Shown one piece after another: positions 12,574-64,000 of a DNA stretch of 64,000 nucleotides. The position numbers and the translations under genes are program-made. This stretch comes from Euglena gracilis (taxonomy: Eukaryota), in NCBI GenBank assembly GCA_039621445.1, contig CP154954.1, positions 18,276,642 to 18,340,641 on the forward strand. Reading direction: 5' to 3'. Positions within the stretch are counted from its first letter, which is position 1. Each line of letters begins with the position of its first letter. The notes beneath the pieces were generated by a model, which was given only the letters and a program-made list of their open reading frames with translations, had not been told where the DNA came from and ran no database searches.

Positions 12574-14865
12574 TCTTCCTCCAATCACCGCTGGTTCCCT
12601 GACCGAGGGGGTGGTGGTGGCCACGGTGCAAAAAAACTGGTCCTCCACGGTTCTGTTCGGGAGGGCGGTTCCTACATGTGATTCTGCAACTTCTTTCTTA
12701 CGGTTTTCTTAAGGACCCTGGGGGGGTCCTGTGGCCAGCTGGAAAGCTGGACCCCCCCCCCCCCGGGTCCGGCTGGCTGGCAGCTGGACCTGGCAGGGAC
12801 CCGAAAACAGGCAAAACAGCACAAATCCAGCTGGGTTGGAATCTTTTGACCAAAATTAGGAGGTAAAAAGGAAACGAAGGACCCCTCCAAAATGCCATTT
12901 TCCGGCCATTTTACCTCTTTTCAAAAAAATTTCTTTATCTCGGCGTATCCCGGCTAGCGCAGCCCGGCTGGGAGGTGTTGGCGATTACCAATCTGCCAGA
13001 AATTCTGGTTGCTAGAATAGAATTAAAAAAGATGGTCAAAATAGTCTTCCGGGTGTCTTTTTTGAACTTTTCCATTGTTTCCCGTCATCGGACTGTGTAT
13101 GCATTCTGGATCAAATCTTTCCAAATGATGTGCACCCACGCCCAGTGTTCAACCCCGACAAATCCCCACGAAACCTGACACAGCAAAATAAAAAAAATCA
13201 AAATTTTCCCCGGATGCTGTCATGTCCAAAAGATCTGTCACCCAGAAGACCCCTTGGACCATGCGACTTATAAAATGACCGTTTCCTCATGTTGTTTACC
13301 TCTCATATGCCCAATGCGCGCATACTGACATGCAGTGTCAGCAGCCTTTTGTATTTGTGTTCTCAACTCCTCGCCCCGAAAATTGTCATGCCTGGGAACC
13401 AGGGAGTAGGGGCCAAAATATGGGAATCAACCCCAAAACTGTCTAAGGCACTTTTGTGAAAGATGCAATGGTGCCATAATACTGTGGACCAGGCGGCAAT
13501 GGTGCCATGGGACCGGATACAGGGTACGGCCTAGTTTACGGCTACGGCCAGGACGTGGACAGTGCTATGTGAAAGCTTAGGCCAAATGGCGAAGCCAGGA
13601 ACCTCGCGATCTCTCAGAGAGCTGAGTTAAGACATCTGGTTTCCTAATTTCCCCTTAAAGAGTTTGGTTGCTTTCGTTAGTAATTGCATGAGTCTCCCAT
13701 CCAAAAGCCAACAGCATTTTCCAGCCTCGAACTTCCAAAAAAGTTTAATGATGTCTAACCGCCCAAAGGGCAATATTGATGGCAGCAGTCCCTATCAAGC
13801 TACCCCAATTTTCCAATTCCCACAGTGAGATGGGATGCCTGCCCTCCCAGCATCCACCCTCCCAGCATCAAAGCCATTTTACGGCACAATTCGACCCCGG
13901 GCTCCGGACCCCCCAAATCTCCCCGGGGTTGGTCAAACTCAGCCTGCCAAAACTGCTCATCCCCACATAGCCAAAGACAAACGATTCGCTTGAGGATTCT
14001 GTTGATTCTGTTCCGGGGTTCCGGCGCGGAGTGCATCGGCCGAGTGTGACCCCGCCCCCCCCCCCGGGTCGGACCTGAGTGCGTTCGAGTGCCTTCCCAG
14101 GCAGGCAAACCCCCGTCGGGTCAGTTCACCTTAAGCTTTGCCTGCTTTATGGGAAACTGAGAAAGTGGAGAAAATAACAGCAATCGTTTTGAGGCAGAGC
14201 CTCACCTCCCACAAGAGAGCACGGGCACGGCGAAAGAAGTCCGGCGGTGAATGAAGCGGTGCGGCTGGAAGCAATGTGTTGGAGGCGGAGAAGAAAAGCA
14301 TGTGGACCAGGTGCACCACGACCCCAGCCTCCAAACGCCAAAACCATTGAAGAGGAGGGGACAACGCCGGAGCAGGCTTGTGCTTACCGGGGTGCTATAG
14401 GGTGCCTCCCCCGGGGGGGGGGTCCGTGGGAGGACCCAGAAAATTTTCATTGAAAATGGCCTTTTTCCCGTTACCGCAAGCATATTTGCGCTTTAGAGCT
14501 TTAGAGTGCTTTAGATTTCCGCCAACACTGTTCGTCAAGCAGTTGCGGTTCCATATCTCCTACGCCAAAACCACCACCCCAAAAACCCTCACAACTACAA
14601 TCACAACTACAATTGCAGAAGTGCAAAAGCAGTGGCGATTTGCACATCAGTTGTGAGGTCTTTGAGTTATCACTCTCTGCCGAGGATGAAAACAGAGTGC
14701 ACAATGAACACAGCGCCTTGCAATCCTTCATAGACAACGAACAGACTGTGCACCGTGACAGCGTCAACGGGGATGGAGTGCAAATGGGGCAGAGTACTCA
14801 CGGCCTTTTATGTGTTTTGTGCATTGCGTTGTGTGTGTGTAGCTGTGTGTGTTTGCGCGAGCGTG

Positions 14866-14867
<2 letters not shown>

Positions 14868-14922
<55 letters not shown>
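14868..14922. repeat. (GT)n microsatellite
   Basis: Seen directly. Confidence 0.95.
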
Positions 14923-14924
<2 letters not shown>

Positions 14925-16449
14925 CGCGCACGAGGAGCGGCGGATTCATTCGGATGTGCCCACCAGTGGAAAGCCATTCACAAAACCACATTATGTACGA
15001 GGCGGCATTGCTCCGAACGACTCTTGAAGAAAGCCTAAAGCAGTCCTAAACGGCTGTCTCCAAGCCACTACCCCCACAGCACGTGCTCCCAGCATGGGCT
15101 GCCTGGCCAGTGCTTTGAGCTGGGCTTGGATTGGCATACGGGAGGGCTTGGGATTCAGAATTGGAAAATGTTTGATCCTGTTGCTGGACGAAGGCGGGGG
15201 AGCTTCGCCTATTTTTTTTGCCGATTTTCGGTGCACTGGAAGTTTTATCTGGCCCCCCAAAGTGGTTCCCCCTCCCCCTCCCCCCTCCTCGCTGGGAGGC
15301 AAGGGCCACTCCCTGTTGTGGGGGGGGGGGCTTGATCGTAAAAAAAAAAAGGCAGCTATGCCCCATTGCACTGTGCGAAACCGGTGGGGTGACCCACTGA
15401 GCCGGACCCCCTAACTCCGATGGGGGGGTCCAGTTGACCCACCCATCCAACCCCCACCAAACCCCAGCCTGAACACTGCTGCATGTGGCAGGGCCGAACC
15501 AGTGTGCTCACACGACGATTTGACCAAAAGGAACCCGTCAACTAAGACACGGATTTGTTAGGAAAATAAACATTTGTCCTTAAAATGAGACTTTGCCAAA
15601 AAATGCAGAAATTAAGGATTCAACACATAATATCAGTAGTTTTCCACCCAAAACGGTGTACAAACCTTCCTCTGTCGCACAAGTCAGGGAATACGCAGGA
15701 AAAGACAGGTCCCCATGAAGACAGGATCAGCAAATAGGGGACCAGAGGGCAATTTCCCATATTTGTCTTCTTTCACAAAGAGAAAGAAGACAAATGTGGA
15801 AAAAAAAATTGTTCTTTCAGTTTTTTTTTGTCGAATGGGGGTTTAAAAGAATAGGGACAGGTAAAAAAAAAAGCTTGCAATTCCTTTCAAAGCGCAAATT
15901 GTGCGTTTCCAACAAAAAAATTAGTGAGGCAGGTTATTGGGTAAAAGGGCGGGAGACTGACATGGGAGATCTCATTGGAGACAAAGGAAGATCCTGTGGC
16001 AGAAGATAAACAGAGAGGACACTAACACCAAACGGGTAACGTTTATTACCGGAGACAAATTATTAATTTCTCGACAGATTTGTTTTAATTCAATACAGCC
16101 CACATCAATCTTCAGGATAATATATATAATATATATAATACAATATATATAATATAATATAATTTGATTTCAGAGTACAAATTGAAGATTTGGTGTGAAC
16201 ACCTTGGTATCAAATGTGCAAATAACCCTTGTGGCCAAATTTTACTCTTGGTGGCTTCCTACTGCCGAAAGAACGTTTTCCCCAGCGCTGCAAAGTTAGG
16301 AGGTTGCGATGAATTTTGGATTTTCCCTTGAAGAGTATTTCACTATTGAAGGTGTATTTCTCATTTTTCTTCTTCATCCCATGCACAGGGAGCGGCACAG
16401 CACGAATGGTGCGACACATGGGGTGCCGTCTGTATTGTTTGAATTTCTA

Positions 16450-16481
<32 letters not shown>

Positions 16482-16485
16482 GTGT

Positions 16486-16520
<35 letters not shown>

Positions 16521-17319
16521 GTTTGTGTGCAAATCAAAGTGGGGGAGCTGAGGAGTTCATGTTCATACAGTTCTCGTCACAGACGGATGGTGCCACAGAG
16601 TGTGGTGACGTGCGAGGAGGCAGAGAGGGCATCATGCCAGAGAGTCGACGTGGGGGACTGCCATTGGTTTGATGCAACAACAAACACACCAGACAGCTTT
16701 GTGGAACTTGTTTAGCAGAACACATCGTGCCTTATGCCAGGTGTTGGGTTGCGGGATGCAGGGCAGAGTTGGTTACTGTATATATTTACATATACAGTGA
16801 TACACTGTATACTGTACATGTACAGTGGTGGGCCAGTATATATGCATGTACATGTACACATAGTCACAATATAACATTTACACACAGCCATAAAGTTAAG
16901 GCCCCCCCGGGGGGCCCTTGACCCATACGACCCAGGGGAGGGTCGTATGGTGGGACCCGGGTCCGACCTTTCGGAAAGTTGGGGTTATTGATTGGGATAG
17001 GGTTAGGGTTCCGACCAGCCTCCCGCCGGGCTCCAATTATTGGAAAGTTAGGGAGCAGTTAGGCTGCATTCCGGATGAATTCCGGCCGAATTTAGGCCGA
17101 ATTCGGGCGATTCAAAAAACCTTCCCAAAATGGGACCTAACCTCCGGCCCAACCTGGTCCCTAAAAAGGGCCAATTTTTGGTGGGCCAACCCTAACCCTA
17201 ACCGTATTCCTAAAATGAAGCGCCAACCCTCCCCGGATCCGCCGCCGATGGCCCGGAAACTGCGCACTTCCCCCGCGCTGCGGGACCGAAAAGCCAAAAG
17301 ATCGGGCCCGCATCCCACC

Positions 17320-17852
17320 CATACAATTTTTTACTGACCCGGAAGGACTCTTCGAAAAACCAGTCTGTCACTTTTCCGCGAAACCAGTCAGTCACTACCC
17401 CCCCCCCCTCCCGAGGGGTCGGCCACAGGGGTTTTCTTAAGGACCCGGGGGGGGGGGGTCCAGCCAGCAGCCCATTTGGCTGGCCAACCTGCGGCCGGCG
17501 GCGGGGCTGGACCCAACTTTATTTCACTCGACCCCCGGGGGGGGGGGGCTACCACTCCGAATTTGGGCTGCTGGCTGGATTTGAGCTGCTGGCTGGCTGG
17601 ACCCCCCCCCCCCCCCGGGGGATAGGGTCCCCTCCGGCTTAAGAAAACCCCTGGTCGGCCAATCAGGAAACCGGCTACTTTCCAGCCAGTTTAGTCCATT
17701 TTAAGCCGAAAAAAATTTCTCCCCGGCACCTTCCGGGGTCACTCAAGCCACTTTTCCTCACCCCTGGCAGACGGCCAAAAACCAATCAGTCACTCTGAAG
17801 AACCAGTCAACCTTCGGGGGGGGGGGCAGGCCAGTGCGTAAGCAATTGACTG
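17320..17852. mobile_element. MITE (CATACAATT...AATTGACTG family) carrying a nested MITE
   Basis: Perfect 8-bp TSD ATCCCACC. Confidence 0.85.
17426..17653. mobile_element. Nested MITE, CAGGGGTTTTCTTAAG family
   Basis: Perfect 16-bp TIR and perfect 8-bp TSD GTCGGCCA. Empty site in the host-family copy near 2127. Confidence 0.92.
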
Positions 17853-18011
17853 ATCCCACCATATGACTCCCCGCTGGGTGAAGTAAAGGGCCACGTCAGG
17901 GGGGGGGCTTTACTTTGTAGCTGCCATTGCCATGTATATGTTATATATATGACAGCCATTGGTTATACGGCTCCCCATGGGGGTGGTCATATAATCCAGG
18001 GAGTCAAAATT

Positions 18012-18155
18012 TTTTGGGGGTTATTGATGAAATAGGGTTAGGGTTAGGAGTTCGGCCTCACTTTAGGCCTTTGTGCACCTAATACTAATCTATAACTTAG
18101 GCCTAAATTTAGGCCTGACTCCTAACCCTAACCCCATTCCATCAACAACCCAAAA
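18012..18155. mobile_element. Fold-back element with TTAGGG repeats in its arms
   Basis: About 45-bp imperfect inverted repeat GGGTTATTGATGAAATAGGGTTAGGGTTAGGAGT... Related copy at about 16981-17210. Confidence 0.6.
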
Positions 18156-19067
18156 CCAATGGCTGCCATATATTTGTATGTGTGTGTGGTAGAATACTCA
18201 TGCCCCCTCACCCAAAATGACAAATATACATGTATACACACACACAGCTTAAACAAAGGAGAGGGAGTATATATAATTGTTTAACAATAGCAGGAAGTCA
18301 TTCCTTTCATCATAAACACCAAAAAGGTCAAAAATATTGCCCTTATGTGTTACCCAATGATCCACAGAGACCGTCAGAGATTGTCTTTGGGGTCGCCCAA
18401 CCGGAGAGCAAATCCTTCCCCCTGCCATCGACTGATATTGTCCCGTGGGTGTGCCACGGAATGGCATTTACAAACATCCGGTGGCTGTCAGCAAAGCTCG
18501 GCAGCGAAGGGGGCAGACCTCTCTTCTTCATCCATCCGAGTGTTCTTTGCTGCAGGGCTATGTCATCGGTGTCTTATGATCCAAAAATGGTGATGGTCCG
18601 AACCCATTTGGCAAAAAAAGTGGAAATAGCTAGCAAATCTAAGCTGGTTTGGGACACGCTGAAAAGCTGCAGGTTCGCCGACGAAAACTGGCCCAAAACA
18701 GTAATTGTTCCGGAACTGAAAACAATGACTGGTCCATTGACCACATGCCTATCAATGAGAATATCAAATAGCGATAAACAATGATTCAAAAGATTGGGTC
18801 CGTTGCAAAAATGGTGACTTTGCTCACTGGTGGTTATGTCTGTCTGTACGTGTGAGGGAAGCCTGAGTGAAGCACATACACAAAAATAGAGTGGATGGGT
18901 GATTGGCAAGTGGCAGAAATTGAAAATTGTGTGGTGGTGCGGCAGGAGAGTGATTTCTGATGGGTAACCTGGGCAGATTAGTTGGTGAGAGAAAAGTAAC
19001 TCACATTCCTGGCAGATGCTCAAATTACAACATTTACAGGACACACACTTTCAGGCGCAAACACACC

Positions 19068-19102
<35 letters not shown>

Positions 19103-20163
19103 CCGATTGATAAATAGAGGCCGGAGGAGACATGTGCCTGTTTCAGGGAAACAAAAAAAGGCCATTCCAGCGGAAACTGCCAACTTTTGCCAGGAATGTG
19201 TCAGGGCAAGGTTGCATCACATGGGTATTATACTCAAACCCAGAGGGTGAAAGCAAGCAACTGAGGAGGGAATCGACCAGAAAACTGTTTCTTTTTGTTG
19301 AACTGAACCCTTTGAGGGATTCAATTCCACTCTTTCAAAACCAGTCAGTCACCCCACCGGGGGGGGGGGGAGGTTGAGCCCCTCGGTCCTGATGATCCGA
19401 ACAGCGCGTTCTGGAGGCTGTTGGTTTTGTGTTCAGCGGCTTTCACTCGATGAACAGCAATCTACGGGCCAATCCAGGCAATCCAGGACACTCATTTCGA
19501 CTTTCTTATTTTTTTTTGAATTTTCGACCCCGTTCGATCCCCAGACCAGCCTCAGGGCGGGATCAGGGGAAACAACCAAATGTGAAGAAAACGGCCTTCA
19601 GCGCCGGAAAACTTTGGTGGTTCTTTTGTCAACCTCCTGCAGGGGGTTGGGTCAAAAACGATGCAGTCGCTCTGAAAATGCCCATCAATCACACCAAACA
19701 GTGCAGTCACACCTTTTCTCCGGGGGGGGGGACTAAATGATTGAGTAGAACGCCACTACTGACCGCCTCAGGCAGTCATTTCGCCCGAACAGCCTCAGGC
19801 CAACAACACCGTCCCCCTTCCTGTTTGTGGCTTATCCGGTATCAGGTAAGTCTTGGCAATGGCACCACCTGACCGCCCTTTAATTCGTCCATTGAGGGGC
19901 TGTGGTAATTGGAAAAGGGGAGCAGAGGGTGATTGGAGGGGGGGGGGGAGGCAGAAAACCTCCAGTGGAAAAAAAAACAAGGAGAAAGAAGAGGTTCGTT
20001 GAAAGCAACCACGTCTTTTATATTATTATTATATATATTATATATATATTTGTTGCTGTGGATACTCTGGACGAGAAAATGCCTTGTGACGCGGCGTTGC
20101 CTCGCATCGCAAAACGACGAGGCAATTCCCCATCGACTGCGTTGCAGCACGCTCCCCTCCAGC

Positions 20164-62813
<42,650 letters not shown>

Positions 62814-62844
62814 CCGATGATTATTTTTCAGGAAAGTACAATCG

Positions 62845-62858
62845 CTGAAAATAAAAGG
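62845..62858 (-). promoter_or_regulatory. Possible spliced-leader trans-splicing acceptor (ccttttattttcAG)
   Basis: Polypyrimidine tract plus AG just upstream of the putative start ATG. Euglenozoan mRNAs are SL trans-spliced. Inference. Confidence 0.3.
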
Positions 62859-63428
62859 TCTGTGGAGCGTGGCTGAATGTGGGGGCCCATGGCACCCAAG
62901 CAAAAAAACCCAAAACCTTGGGTCTTTCTGCTTGATAACACGTTTTTGTCGATGCACAGAAATGATGATTTGTTGCACGTGAAAACCCAGAAAAAGGACC
63001 TTATTCATTCATGCCCAGTTACAATTTGGTTTCCTAATTGCCACTTCCTTCTTGTGAGTGAGGAGGGCCGGTGGCAGAAAAGAGACGAGCAGCAAGAAAG
63101 AAAGGTAAATACTCGGATGAGCTTCACAGCGGAAGCAGGGGAAGGGGTGTGTGCCAATGACGCGGTGTGTGAACAAAACGGTGTTATGAGTGGGTAGTAC
63201 AAGGAAGCTCCAAAAACATACAGACACAGCGTGGGAGAGGAAAAACACGAACAGGCGGCAAACATGGGGCGCCGAACCGTTGGACAAACATACCTCCAGA
63301 AGCACAATCTGATTTCAAAAGACTATTTCCAGGAATTTCCAGCATGATGCAATTGTGAAGAAGGAAAACACAACACCAAAATTAATTGCCCTCAAAATAA
63401 ACTCAACATGATTTATCATTTCAACTTA

Positions 63429-63856
63429 CCCCCCCCCCTATGTCCAATGACCGGTAACCTCTGTCCTCTGACCGGGGGGGGGGTGGTCGTTGGACATAGG
63501 GTAGTGACCAAAAAGGTGTCCTCTGACCGGGGGGGGGGGGTGGTCGTTGGACATGGGGTCAAAAGAAAGTTGGTGGGTACCCGGGTCCCTACCCACCCAA
63601 AAATGCCCAAATTTTCCCTTCTGGCGCTTTGCGCCGAAAATTTTGGGCAATTTTGACAATTTTTTGTCCAAAAAGTGTCAAAAATGGAAGTTTGGCCAAA
63701 TTTTTGGCCATTTTTTGGCCATTTTTTGGTCAAAATTTTTCGTCCCGGCGCTTCACGCTGGGACCAAAAATTTGGTAAAACCTCCGAAAAGGTGTCCTCT
63801 GACCGGGGGGGGGGTGGTCATTGGACATAGGGGGGTCGTTGGACATAGGGGGGGGG
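63429..63856. mobile_element. TA-flanked MITE, near-identical to 25652-26064
   Basis: TIR, TA flanks and high similarity to the other copy. Confidence 0.8.
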
Positions 63857-64000
63857 TAGTTCATTATTTGGGCATCCGAAACCAGCAGCCAGAGTTTACC
63901 ATTCTGCAGGGTATAATTGAACCAAAAAAGGGGCCAATAAGCTCTTCTACAGCTCTTAGACAGAAAACCAATATTAGCGGAAACGGAAATTTCAGCAAAT

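Noticed and set aside
14205-14340. Possible upstream exon of gene B ending at GAG|GTGAGG
   Set aside because: The coding-like frame does not match the phase of the next acceptor. May be UTR; left uncalled.
16997-18135. Telomere
   Set aside because: Only 2-3 TTAGGG units in inverted arms, internal to the sequence.

Overview
Eukaryotic nuclear DNA, very likely from a euglenid. This is inferred from the intron type; the species cannot be called. The window is mostly nested short inverted-repeat transposons (MITEs) and microsatellites, and almost all ORFs in the supplied track are spurious. By hand I could assemble two minus-strand genes. (A) A receptor-type class III adenylate cyclase of about 884 aa, split into about 32 short exons over 20164-62813. 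(B) An unknown, probably single-pass membrane protein with at least 10 exons from about 12573 towards the left edge. Nearly all introns lack GT-AG and have base-paired ends of the form exon|NNN-CAG...CTG-NNNNN|exon, i.e. euglenid nonconventional introns. Main observation: MITEs here begin CAG/CAT, end CTG and are flanked by 8-bp target-site duplications (TSDs). In the youngest-looking introns, the 3 unpaired 5' bases plus the 5 unpaired 3' bases equal exactly one copy of an 8-bp TSD. This suggests the introns are hAT-like MITE insertions that are spliced out precisely (an introner system). Exon boundaries were inferred from stem pairing and reading-frame continuity, not from transcripts.
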